Shown piece by piece: positions 32,041 through 42,000 of a stretch of DNA of 52,631 nucleotides. The notes below the pieces were generated by a model, which was not told the origin of the DNA, ran no database searches, and saw only the letters and a list, made by a program, of their open reading frames with translations. The stretch lies in contig JANYDX010000248.1 of assembly GCA_025363395.1 (NCBI GenBank), positions 1 through 52,631 on the forward strand, read 5' to 3'. Within the stretch, counting starts at the first letter, position 1. The number at the start of each line of letters is the position of its first letter. The translations under genes and the position numbers were made by a program. This DNA comes from Verrucomicrobiota bacterium (GTDB lineage Bacteria > Verrucomicrobiota > Verrucomicrobiia > Opitutales > Opitutaceae).

Positions 32041-33666
32041 ATGCTGCCGCCGCTCACCCGTTTTCGCACCTCGTTGCTTTGGGTTCTCTTCGCCCTGGCT
32101 GCGATCGCCACCGGCCTGGCCGTGCACCGTCTTTATCAAACTGCGCGCGAGGAAATCGCCGCCCAAAGCGAACGCGCGTTGGATCAGGAGCAAGCCCGCG
32201 TCCTCGCTCGGGTGCAAACCTACACGGACAACGTCCGCCGTTCGACCCTCGTGAATCTGGTTTCCTTTCACGTCGACGGCCTGAATTCCACCCTGCGCCA
32301 GTGGGACGAATCGAACGACATTGTCCTCGGCACTTTTCTCTGGGATCCGGTGCGCGGCTTTGCCCCCGATCTGCAAATTCCGACCGGCGGACCAAACCGC
32401 GAGGAACTCGTGAACCTCTGGCGGGAATTCCGGGAATGGCGTGCGGCCCATCCGACTGACACCAGCCGCGCGCCGAGCCAGACCGGATTTTTTCAGACCA
32501 TTGCCTACCGCACCTTTGACAATCCAGCCCTGCCCGCCACGGAACTCGGCTATCAAGGCGAGAATCTGGACATCCTCACCCACGCCGGCCGGCGAATCGA
32601 TCCGTGGGCCGGCTGGGCCGGCTCCCAACGCACCCCCGGGACACCCTGGGTTTTCTGGTATCAAGCCGGACCCGACGACGTCGTTCGCGGGTGTTTTGTG
32701 AACACCGTTCCCCTCGTCAGCCAACTGCGCAGCGAATTCACCGACCGGAGTTTTGCTCAGGTGGAATTGGTGGAGGAAAAATCCGGCGCTTCGTCCGCCA
32801 GCACCCGCACGACGACGCTCTCGCCCTGGCTGCCCGCACAGGGGTTGACCGCAACACCCGGCGAAATTTTTCTTCGGAAAGAAAGCGATGCACGCTTCAC
32901 GGCGCTGATCACGGCGCTTCTCTTCGGGCTTTTTCTAACCGGTGGCGCGGCGCTGACCGCGCGCACCCGCCGGGAATCCCGCGAAGCCGGCCGCAAGATC
33001 ACCTTCGTCGCGCAAGTGTCCCATGAGCTGCGCACGCCGCTGACCTCGATAAGGATGTTCGCCGATATGCTCGCCACCCCCGGGCTGCCTGAAACAAAAC
33101 GCACGAAGTTCGCCCAGACGATCAGCACGGAGAGTCAGCGACTCGAGCAGTTGATCGAACGCCTGCTCGCCTTCAACACGCTCGAGCGCGGCGCCGCAAA
33201 AATCACCCGCGTACCAATCGACGTCGCCGCCATCACACGCGAGACGATCGAGGAAATGAATTCCACGCTGGGCGCAGCGGGCTTGAAAGCTGAAATGGAC
33301 CTGCCCGCCGGACCAGTCGTCGCCCTCGCCGATCATTCCTCCGTCAAACAAGCGCTGCTCAACCTCCTCGACAATGCCATCAAGTACGCTCGCGAAGGCG
33401 GCCTGGTTCGAATCAAGCTCACCAACGATTCCGCCAACGTGCGACTGACTGTCGCCGACGACGGTCTAGGTATACCGCGCGCGATTCACGACCGACTGTT
33501 CGAACCCTTTGTGCAGGGCGGACAGACGCTGACCAACAAATCCCCTGGCGTCGGCCTCGGCCTGAGCATCGCGCGCGGCATGTTGCGCCAGGCCGGAGGC
33601 GACCTCGTTCTGCTTAATTCAATCACCGGCGCCACCTTCGAAATCCGCCTGCAGAAATCGGAATGA
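32041..33666 (+). CDS. Sensor histidine kinase
   Basis: Two TM segments; H-box VSHELRTPLTSI, N-box NLLDNAIKY, G1 DDGLGI, G2 GVGLGLSI. Confidence 0.95.
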   Translation: MLPPLTRFRTSLLWVLFALAAIATGLAVHRLYQTAREEIAAQSERALDQEQARVLARVQTYTDNVRRSTLVNLVSFHVDGLNSTLRQWDESNDIVLGTFLWDPVRGFAPDLQIPTGGPNREELVNLWREFREWRAAHPTDTSRAPSQTGFFQTIAYRTFDNPALPATELGYQGENLDILTHAGRRIDPWAGWAGSQRTPGTPWVFWYQAGPDDVVRGCFVNTVPLVSQLRSEFTDRSFAQVELVEEKSGASSASTRTTTLSPWLPAQGLTATPGEIFLRKESDARFTALITALLFGLFLTGGAALTARTRRESREAGRKITFVAQVSHELRTPLTSIRMFADMLATPGLPETKRTKFAQTISTESQRLEQLIERLLAFNTLERGAAKITRVPIDVAAITRETIEEMNSTLGAAGLKAEMDLPAGPVVALADHSSVKQALLNLLDNAIKYAREGGLVRIKLTNDSANVRLTVADDGLGIPRAIHDRLFEPFVQGGQTLTNKSPGVGLGLSIARGMLRQAGGDLVLLNSITGATFEIRLQKSE

Positions 33667-33696
33667 CCGCAAAAAAACAAGCCACCCCTTTTCCGT

Positions 33697-33776
33697 GGTA
33701 GGGCGGGTTATCCCTAACCCGCCGTCTTTCGCCCCTCGGCCGGCAGGTTCTGCTGCCTTGCAGAACGCGTCCTACC
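33697..33776. repeat. GTAG-type REP pair (REPIN-like), degenerate
   Basis: GGTAG-GGCGGGTTA-tccc-TAACCCGCC hairpin facing an inverted GGTAG-GACGCGTTCTGC...GCAGAAC hairpin between the kinase and regulator genes. Confidence 0.5.
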
Positions 33777-33797
33777 CCAACCTTTTCCCCTAATCTC

Positions 33798-34502
33798 ATG
33801 ACCACCCATCAACGCAAAGTTCTCATCGTGGAAGACGACCCGGCAATTCGCGAAGCCTTGCGTGAGGCGATCGAGGCGGACGGCCACCTGGCAATCTGTG
33901 CTCCCGATGGCGGGCAGGCGGTGCGCTTGTTTGATGGCGAGCCGTTCGATCTGGTCCTCCTCGACCTCATGCTCCCGGTCTTGAGCGGCTACGATGTCTG
34001 CCGGAAAATCCGTGAAAAAAACCGCTCCGTGCCTGTCATCATGCTCACCGCCAAGGGTGAGGAGATCGACAAGGTCCTCGGTCTGGAGCTCGGAGCGGAC
34101 GACTATGTCACCAAACCATTCGGCCTCCGTGAAATTCTCGCGCGCGTGCATGCCGCTTTTCGACGGCTGGAGTTGATGGCGGCTCCGGCTGCCGCGACGC
34201 CAACCGATACTTTCTATTTCGGCGACACCATCCTCGACCGGAAACGATTCACTGCGACCCGCGACAAGACTACGGTGGAACTCACGGCGAAGGAGCTGCA
34301 GTTGCTCGAAATGTTTCACCGGTGTAAAGGCGATGTGCTCTCACGCGATCAGCTGCTCAATGAAGTCTGGGGCATCGACTACCTCGGGACCACGCGCACG
34401 CTCGACCAGCACGTCGCGCAAGTCCGCAAAAAAGTCGAAGGCGACGGCCCGCCACGCCTGATCAAGACCGTGCACGGCGTCGGTTATCAGTACGTCGGGT
34501 GA
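33798..34502 (+). CDS. OmpR/PhoB-family DNA-binding response regulator
   Basis: VLIVEDD, DLVLLDLMLP, IMLTAK, GADDYVTKPF; winged helix with RTLDQHVAQVRKK and IKTVHGVGY. Confidence 0.96.
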   Translation: MTTHQRKVLIVEDDPAIREALREAIEADGHLAICAPDGGQAVRLFDGEPFDLVLLDLMLPVLSGYDVCRKIREKNRSVPVIMLTAKGEEIDKVLGLELGADDYVTKPFGLREILARVHAAFRRLELMAAPAAATPTDTFYFGDTILDRKRFTATRDKTTVELTAKELQLLEMFHRCKGDVLSRDQLLNEVWGIDYLGTTRTLDQHVAQVRKKVEGDGPPRLIKTVHGVGYQYVG

Positions 34503-34590
34503 CTCCCGATACGGGATCGGAAATTGTAGCAATAAGGAGCGGCTTTACGCCGCGAGTGCACGATCGCCATGGGGCGCCCGTTTCCAACCG

Positions 34591-34666
34591 CCTGACTTCG
34601 TCATGACGAATTCCTGACAAAGTCTTACGTGGGCGTGACGACATTTCCCCACGAAAAGCCTAAGCT
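34591..34666 (+). promoter_or_regulatory. Regulon promoter copy B (5 phased boxes + -10 TAAGCT)
   Basis: TGAC 34593, 34604, 34615, TTAC 34625, TGAC 34636; TAAGCT at 34661; 55 bp match copy C with a single mismatch. Confidence 0.8.
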
Positions 34667-34708
34667 GCGCGCCGTTCAATCGTTACTTCACTATCCAACC
34701 CGTCTCTC

Positions 34709-37700
34709 ATGAATACACCACTGTTCTTCATCACCCTCGGCCGTGTGCCGTATATTTTGATCTGCCTTCTGACCTTGGCCGTTGCGCCACTTCAGGCGCA
34801 GCGCATGTCCGTACCCGATGCGACTGCGGCGCCGGTCGTCGTCGAATCGGCCTCGATCAGTACCGAAGTCACAGGGAGGATTGCCGTGACCACCTTCGAT
34901 CTCGTCTTTCGCAATCCCAACGGTCGCGTGCTCGAAGGCACCTTTGAATTTCCGCTGCTCGACGGCCAGAGCGTCGTACGTTTCGGGGTCGATATTAACG
35001 GGCGGCTGCGCGAAGCGGTGCCGGTGGCGAAGGACCGCGGACGCGTGGTGTTCGAGGAAATCGAACGCCGCCGCGTCGATCCGGCTTTGCTCGAACAGAC
35101 CGCCGGCAACAACTACCGCGCCCGCGTCTATCCCATTCCTGCCAACGGCACCCGCCGCGTGGTGATCGCCTATCAGGAGGACATCGCCGGCCGGGCTGAC
35201 GTTCCGACTTACCGGCTCGCCTTGGATTTTCCCGCGCTCCTCAAGACATTTCGGCTGGCGGTCACTATCCACACCGCCGAGACAGCGGCGCCTAAAGCGC
35301 GGACCACCCTGCCGCTTGAACTGCCCGCCTGGCAGAACGCAAACCTACTCGAAGTGGAGCACACCCAATTCGCTGCGCGCGGGGTTTTCGAATTGGAGCT
35401 GCCACGCACGACCCATCCGGAACTGCTCACTGAAAAGCGCGGCGACAACGAATATTTCTACGCCGAAGTCCCCGTCGCCGCAGCCAAACCAGTCACGCGC
35501 CCTCGCCCGAAGGTAATCGGGCTCCTCTGGGACGCCTCGGGTTCGGGGCGCGAACGCGACCACATCCGGGAGTTCGCGCTCCTCGATGCGTGGTTCACCG
35601 CGGTGCCTGACGTGGAGGTGCGGCTGATTGCCTTCCGCGACCGGACTGCAGCACCAATTGGCTTTACGATTAAGCACAGTGACTGGTCCAAACTCCGCAG
35701 CGAACTGGAAGGCATTGTTTACGATGGCGCGACGAGCTTCGACGGTTTGACGGATGACGCGGCGGTCGGCGAATGGCTGCTGTTTTCCGATGGGCTCGTG
35801 AATTACGGCGTCAGCCAGACAACCACGACGCTGCCCTTGCACGCGCCAGTGCATACGGTCCTAACCAGCGCGCGAAGCAATCCCGCTTTCTTGCGCGGAC
35901 TGGCGCAGCGCCAGGCCGGTGAATTCGTCAATCTGCTCGACACCGCACCCGCCGACGCCGCCCGCCTTTTGCGGAACGATTCCTTGCGCGTTCTTCGACT
36001 CGACCACAATCCCGAGCAAGTCGCGCAAATTTACCCGGAGCCCAACACGCCGGTGCGCGAAGGCACCCTGATCGTCACGGGGATCTTAAATGCACCCTCC
36101 GCGACGATCCGCTTGAAACTCGGGCACAACGCCTCGGACGCCCACGAGGTGACGCTGTCATTGCACTCCGGCGAAAATCCCAGCCGACTCGCCGCCCGCG
36201 CGTGGGCCGGGGCAAAGATCGCGAAGCTGTCGACGGAGCCCGCGGCAAATCGCGAGGACATCGGGCGGACTAGCCAGGAGTTCGGAATTGTGACGGCGGA
36301 CTCATCACTGATCGTCCTCGAAACCCTACAGGATTATGTACGCTACGACATCGCGCCGCCCGAGGAGCTTCGCGCCGCATGGGAAGCCAGCCGTCGAATC
36401 ACCATCGAAACCCGCCAAAAGGAGCGCAACACCCACCTCGACGGGATCGTGGATTCTTTTAACGAGAAATCCGAATGGTGGAAAACGAAATTCGCCAAGG
36501 GTGAGGTACCAAAAGTTCGCGACGAAAAGAAACCAGCCGAAGTCACCGCAGCCGCGTCGCATCCGACGTTGGCCGCCAGTGCGCCGAGCGTTGCGAGCAG
36601 TATTCCGGCTTTGCAAGAACCAGCGCCTGTCCGCCAGCCTGCGCCAGCAGTAGCTCCGCTCGAGGATGAGACCATCGTGCTAAGCCCCTTCGTGGTCGAG
36701 GCAACGGAAGAGCGCGGTTATACTGCCCAGAACACACTCGCAGGTACCCGAATCAGAATGGACATGCCGGATATCGCGTCGTCGGTCAGCGTCGTCACTT
36801 CCCAATTCCTGAGCGACACAGCAGGAACAAACAGCAATCAGTTGCTCGAATACACAAAAAGCAGCGAGGTAGCCGGGGCAGCCGGTAATTTTGGGCACAA
36901 GGCCAATGAAGCAGCCGGTTCCGCCAGCATCTCGCTGCAACGGTGGGAAGAAAAAGCCGGATACCTGGACCGTTTGCATCGCGCCGAGCCCGGCGAGCGG
37001 TATTCGATCTATCTCGAGGAGCGGTCCGCTCATGCGCGTCAGCCGGGATTTTTCCTGGATGTGGCCAATTTTTTCTTCGAGGCGAAAGATGACGTCACTG
37101 CTTTTCGCATTCTCTCGAATCTCGCGGAACTCCAGCTCGACGATCCGGCCCTGCTCCGCGTGCTGGCTCACCGGCTCGTTCAGGCCGGGCAGACCGGACT
37201 CGCCCTGCCGCTGTTCGAGCGTGTGCTGGTTCTCCGTCCGGAAGAACCGCAGAGCCGGCGCGACCTGGCGCTGGTCTGCGCGACGTTGAAACAAAATCAA
37301 CGCGCCATCGATCTGCTGTGGGAAATCGTCGCCCAGCCTTGGGCCGACCGTTTCCCGGACATCGAGCTGATTGCCCTCGGTGAGTTGAACGCGATCATCG
37401 CGACGTGCGGTGAAAAACTCGATCTCGCGCGGATCGATCCCCGCCTCCAACTGAACCTTCCCGTCGGCCTGCGGGTGATCCTCACGTGGGACGCCGACAA
37501 CTGTGACATCGACCTCTGGGTGAGCGATCCCAATGGCGAGCAAGCCATCTACAGCCACCCGCGCACCTACCAGGGTGGCCGCATGTCGGACGATTTCACC
37601 GGCGGCTACGGACCGGAAGAATTTTTGCTGCGCAATCCGAAACCGGGCAAATACACCGTCAAAATAAACTACTTTGGCGACCGCCGGCAGACCGCGCTCG

Positions 37701-37849
37701 GACCTGTCACCGCACAGGTTCGCCTGATCACCGGTTTCGGCACGCGGGCCCAGAAGGAGCAACTTCTGACCGTGCGGTTGAAGGAAACCGAAGACACCTT
37801 GGAAATTGGCGCGATCGAGATCGGCGACAAACCGACAGTCACTGACTAA
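34709..37849 (+). CDS. VIT-VWA-like / TPR / DUF2135 protein with embedded TonB-receptor N-terminal segment
   Basis: Signal peptide; VIT (FRNPNGRVLEG.FEFPL...DPALLE..GNNYRARVYPIP); DASGS/LFSDG VWA-like; ETIVLSPFVVE...TLAGTR insert; TPRs; DUF2135/YfaP (LTWDADNCDIDLWV.DP.GE...GYGPEEF). Confidence 0.85.
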   Translation: MNTPLFFITLGRVPYILICLLTLAVAPLQAQRMSVPDATAAPVVVESASISTEVTGRIAVTTFDLVFRNPNGRVLEGTFEFPLLDGQSVVRFGVDINGRLREAVPVAKDRGRVVFEEIERRRVDPALLEQTAGNNYRARVYPIPANGTRRVVIAYQEDIAGRADVPTYRLALDFPALLKTFRLAVTIHTAETAAPKARTTLPLELPAWQNANLLEVEHTQFAARGVFELELPRTTHPELLTEKRGDNEYFYAEVPVAAAKPVTRPRPKVIGLLWDASGSGRERDHIREFALLDAWFTAVPDVEVRLIAFRDRTAAPIGFTIKHSDWSKLRSELEGIVYDGATSFDGLTDDAAVGEWLLFSDGLVNYGVSQTTTTLPLHAPVHTVLTSARSNPAFLRGLAQRQAGEFVNLLDTAPADAARLLRNDSLRVLRLDHNPEQVAQIYPEPNTPVREGTLIVTGILNAPSATIRLKLGHNASDAHEVTLSLHSGENPSRLAARAWAGAKIAKLSTEPAANREDIGRTSQEFGIVTADSSLIVLETLQDYVRYDIAPPEELRAAWEASRRITIETRQKERNTHLDGIVDSFNEKSEWWKTKFAKGEVPKVRDEKKPAEVTAAASHPTLAASAPSVASSIPALQEPAPVRQPAPAVAPLEDETIVLSPFVVEATEERGYTAQNTLAGTRIRMDMPDIASSVSVVTSQFLSDTAGTNSNQLLEYTKSSEVAGAAGNFGHKANEAAGSASISLQRWEEKAGYLDRLHRAEPGERYSIYLEERSAHARQPGFFLDVANFFFEAKDDVTAFRILSNLAELQLDDPALLRVLAHRLVQAGQTGLALPLFERVLVLRPEEPQSRRDLALVCATLKQNQRAIDLLWEIVAQPWADRFPDIELIALGELNAIIATCGEKLDLARIDPRLQLNLPVGLRVILTWDADNCDIDLWVSDPNGEQAIYSHPRTYQGGRMSDDFTGGYGPEEFLLRNPKPGKYTVKINYFGDRRQTALGPVTAQVRLITGFGTRAQKEQLLTVRLKETEDTLEIGAIEIGDKPTVTD

Positions 37850-37894
37850 ATGTTTCCGCCGATTCTTGTGCCGGTGACTGACTGAACTACCGCA

Positions 37895-37970
37895 CCTGAC
37901 TTTGTCATGACGAATTCCTGACAAAGTCTTACGTGGGCGTGACGACATTCCTAAGCGGGGCGGGTATGCT
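37895..37970 (+). promoter_or_regulatory. Regulon promoter copy C (5 phased boxes + -10 TATGCT)
   Basis: TGAC 37897, 37908, 37919, TTAC 37929, TGAC 37940; TATGCT at 37965. Confidence 0.8.
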
Positions 37971-38017
37971 GGGTACCGTTCGATGCTCTGTTTCATTAAC
38001 CCTCATCCCTTCCAATC

Positions 38018-38890
38018 ATGAATGCTCCCGCTCCCTTCCTCCGCTCCATCAGTGTTTCCGCCCAGATCCGTCATGGCGCTCTGCGGCTCCTCGCCCTCCC
38101 TCTGCTATACTCCGCTTTCTCCCCGGGCCAGCTCTTCGGGCAGCAAAGCTCCGCCAAGGAGGAATCGGCGGAAGAAACCATTGTCCTGTCTCCATTCCAA
38201 GTCACCTCCAGCGAAGACCGCGGTTATGTGTGGAACCGTTCTACTCCCATCCCCCAGCCCAATTTCCACTCCAGCAATGGCGGTGGTGCACCCGGCAGCC
38301 CGATCACAATGATCCGTTCCGCAGAGGCGGTGGTGATCGAGTTCGCCCTTTCGAATTCCGCCGACAAGCAGGATCTCCGAAATCAGCAGCTCACCGATTC
38401 GGCCGACCTCGTGGCGAAAGCGATCCGGGCAATCCCCGGACTGCGATTTGAAAACCGCGAGGTTCAGCTCGCCAGCGGCAACCGGCAGCGCTCCATCATC
38501 GGCAAGGGTGAAGCCGTGACCTCCTTCGCGAACTTCGCCGTGTTTGCCGAGTTGAATCCCGAGATGCGTCTCTACGAGCGCGTGAAACAGGTCCGGAGTC
38601 TCGTATCCGCCGCCACCCTGAGCGGCGGCACGAAAGTGATCGACGGCCCGGTCGCGCTCTTCCTCCGCCGGCCAAACGAATACCGAAAGGAGTTGCTGAC
38701 GAAAATTTTTGAGGATCTTGAGACGGTGAAGAAGGGCCTCGGTTCGGACTTCGAGGTACTGGTCAACGGCCTCTCCGGCCCGATCCAGCTGCGCGGCTGC
38801 TCGGAGAACGAAATCGAAATGTGGATCGACTACACCTTCACCATTCGCTCGGTCCGCGAGTTGACCGCCAGGATTTCCGACCGGAAGTGA
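38018..38890 (+). CDS. Secreted protein with N-terminal TonB-box-like motif, possibly SIMPL-like fold
   Basis: Signal-like N-terminus, then EETIVLSPFQVTSSEDRGY, then an alpha/beta domain; only 290 aa, no barrel. Confidence 0.6.
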   Translation: MNAPAPFLRSISVSAQIRHGALRLLALPLLYSAFSPGQLFGQQSSAKEESAEETIVLSPFQVTSSEDRGYVWNRSTPIPQPNFHSSNGGGAPGSPITMIRSAEAVVIEFALSNSADKQDLRNQQLTDSADLVAKAIRAIPGLRFENREVQLASGNRQRSIIGKGEAVTSFANFAVFAELNPEMRLYERVKQVRSLVSAATLSGGTKVIDGPVALFLRRPNEYRKELLTKIFEDLETVKKGLGSDFEVLVNGLSGPIQLRGCSENEIEMWIDYTFTIRSVRELTARISDRK

Positions 38891-39011
38891 GCCGACAAAA
38901 ACCGAGCCGGGGCATGCAATTCGCGGTCCGCTCTGTCCAGCAAAAACCTAAATGCCGTAACCGCCACCCTTGGTTCAGTTCATCCTTGGTTCAGTTTAAA
39001 ATATTCCCCCC

Positions 39012-42000
39012 ATGCAAGCTATCCGCTGCCGCCATTGCCTCCACCCACGCCCATTCGCCCGCCTCCTGATCAGCCTGCTGCTGGGCGGGTGGCTGTTCTC
39101 TCCCGTCTGTCTGCCCGGTGCAGATAGCGGCTATGAGCAGCAGCTCACCAAAGCCCGGGCCCTCGCCAAGGAAAATTCCTGGGCCCTCGCCCGCGAGGTC
39201 TACGCGGCGGCGCTCCCGCTGGCCCCCGATGCCGATCATCACCGCTGGTGTGAGTTCTGGCTCGCGGACGCCACGTGGCGCTCGGAGGGCCAGCCAGGCT
39301 GGGCGCAACGGGAGAATTGGCTGAAGCTCCACCTCGCGACTTACGACGCATTGGCCCAACCCTACACCACCGGAATTCCCCGTGATCATTTCTGGATGGA
39401 GCTGCAAAGCAGCCGGGCGGACTTGAGGGAAGTGATGCAGATTCCTGATCACTGGAGAGACCGGGCGGAAATCGCCGATTATCTCGCAAGCCAACCTCCG
39501 TCTGAAGAGGCGGCTCAGGGCTATGTGGCTTTCCTGCAAAAAACCCTGGCGCGTCCGGCAGCCAGAAATCAAAACAATAAAACTATTTTGCCGTTGGTGC
39601 CGCATCTCGCGAACGGCAGCAGGGTCGGCGCCTCAATCGAGGATCGCGCCTGGTGCGCCTGGCAGGCCGCGCATTTCATGCAGACCGAGGAAATCAAGGC
39701 GACGGAACTCCCGGACCGGCTCAAGGCCCGTGCCGAGCGCTGGGCCGCAGTGCGGACGCTCGCCCACGGAACACGCTGGGAGACGGTCGTCCGGGCGGAG
39801 GATTTTATCTGGCGGGCCCGAATGGGCTGGTCGCCCGATGCGGCTCCGGGCACGCCAGCGAATATCCCCGCCTTGCTGGCTGGGATTAAGGAAATCCACG
39901 CCGCGTTCGCGCAGGAGGAAAAAACCGACCAGAACCACCAGTTCGATCAGGAGCTGAGTCAGTTGGAGAAGGAGCAGGGGGAGCCCCGGCTTAATTTGGT
40001 GATGGACACGCAATTTTTGCCCGCCGCACCAGTGGGATTCGCTTACGCCACGGCCGGCTTCGGCCGACTCTCCCTTTCCCTTAAACTGCTGGACCCCGCC
40101 GACTGGTCCCCGGAATCGGCGACCTATGCCACTCTCCCCAATCCTCGCGAGGGAACGGTGATCCGCGAATGGACAATTGATTTCCCCCAATCCGCGCAAC
40201 GCGTCTGGCAAAGCGAGCTGGTCGAGCTGGGATCGTCCCTCAAACCCGGATTCTATTCCCTGACCGCCCGAGGTGAGCAGCCGGTCAGCAGTGGAGAAAT
40301 TATCCAGTATCATCCCTTTATCGTGTCGGGTATCCGCGGGCTATCTGTCACCCGGAGCAATGGAGGCGGCGAACTGCTGGTGTACTCGATGACTGACGGC
40401 CGACCCGTGACGGGAAGCGCCGCCAAGGGCATCGCCACTTCCGCTCGACAAAAACGAAATGCCTCATGGCATGGCACGACTGATCAGGAAGGCCGGATTG
40501 CCCTGCCTCAAATTTCCGCGAGTGATTTCAAGCTGGTGGGGTTGATCGGCGGGCAACCGCTCTGGTTCCGGAGCAATGCCGGGAATGACACCCGCGAAGA
40601 TATTTCTGCCGACGTTTTTCTGGACCGCCCGCTGTATCGGCCCGGTGAAACGGTTCACTGGAAGATCATCGTCCGGGAAAGGGGCAACGGTCGCTTTGTC
40701 GTGCCCACGAACGATCGGCCCCTGCGCTTATCTATTATTCTCGATGACGAGCCTCTGCTAAAGGAATCCACGCTAACCCTGAATGCCTTCGGGACGGCAC
40801 ATGGTGAAATTCAAATTCCGGAGACCGCCCGGCCGGGCCGCGCGCACCTGATTCTCACTCGAGCCGACGACAAAGAACCGACTGAGGTGGCCGTCGAGCA
40901 CGGCCTGTTTCAAGTGGATAACTTTGTTCCTCCGGCGGTGGTCGCAAAGATCGAGCTGGCAAGCGGCGGCGCCTCCTTGCACCCCGGTCGGGAAATCGTG
41001 GTGCGGGTCAACGTCGCGTATTTCTCCGGCGGTCCCGTGGTCAACGCGCCGGTGGAATGCCACTTCGCGGCCTCCCCCTCGGACTATCGCAACGAAGAAA
41101 TCGAGGCCTTTCAGGCCTGGCGTAAAACCGTCTCCGCGAATCCGCTGAAAAGCACCACAAGTGTTTCGGGCTTCGCGGAATTTCGACTGCAAATTCCCGC
41201 CGAGATTTCGGCGGGGAATATTTCCCTTGAGTGTGAGGCCGCAGTCTTACCGGAGGGGGCACGGCCGGCGCATGCCTCGCGGCAATTCACGATTTCCGGG
41301 CTGGGTTTATTGATCGATCCCGCGGGCTGGATCAAACCGCGGCTGGCCCGGCCGGGAGAGGAAATTTTGTTCGAGGCCGTGGTGCGCGATGGCACCGGAG
41401 CGCCCGCACACTTCGAGGGCGTGGCCCAATTGGTCGAAAGGCAATGGCTCGAAACCTGGCTTGGGCCATAGGGCCAAATCCTCAACGGTGCGGAATACCG
41501 CGAGGTCGGTCGAAAGGAAATTCTCGAACGGAATCCCAAGTTCAGCGGCTGGCGTCCGGTCAATCGATATCTGCCGGGCTGGAAAAATCTGCACACGGGC
41601 TATCACGAGATCGCCTTGGCAGTGAAGCCCATCCGCACCGGCGCCGATGGTCGGGTGAACGCCGCATTTGTCCTGCCCCACGCCGGCCTCTTTCAAGTGA
41701 AGCTGCTCCTGGACGGCGAGCCCCTCCCTCTGGACAAGGACCAGTCCGAGGGAACATCTGGATACTCTCCGTTCGAGGGCATGGGGACTGAACGATGGGC
41801 CCCGTTCTCAGCTGTGGCCATCGATGAGCGGTTGTCCCCATTACAGCTGACTCCGGAAAACGAAGCGGTGATTTTCCCCGCGCACATCGAATCGGACAAG
41901 GCCTTTGATGTCGTGTGCGTGGTACCGGAAGAGGCAACCCAAGCCTGGCTGACCATTTCCGGAGAGGAAACGACTGTCACCAATCCGGTCGAGCTGCATG

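Noticed and set aside
34593-34639. The TGAC array as a Pho box
   Set aside because: It resembles a PhoB half-site only in reverse orientation, the targets are not phosphate genes, and an adjacent OmpR-family regulator with its own copy is the simpler explanation.
41469-41560. Pyrrolysine or code reassignment at the A2M TAG
   Set aside because: No pyl genes or tRNA in the window, and TAG terminates other genes here; only nonsense mutation, error or leaky readthrough remain plausible.
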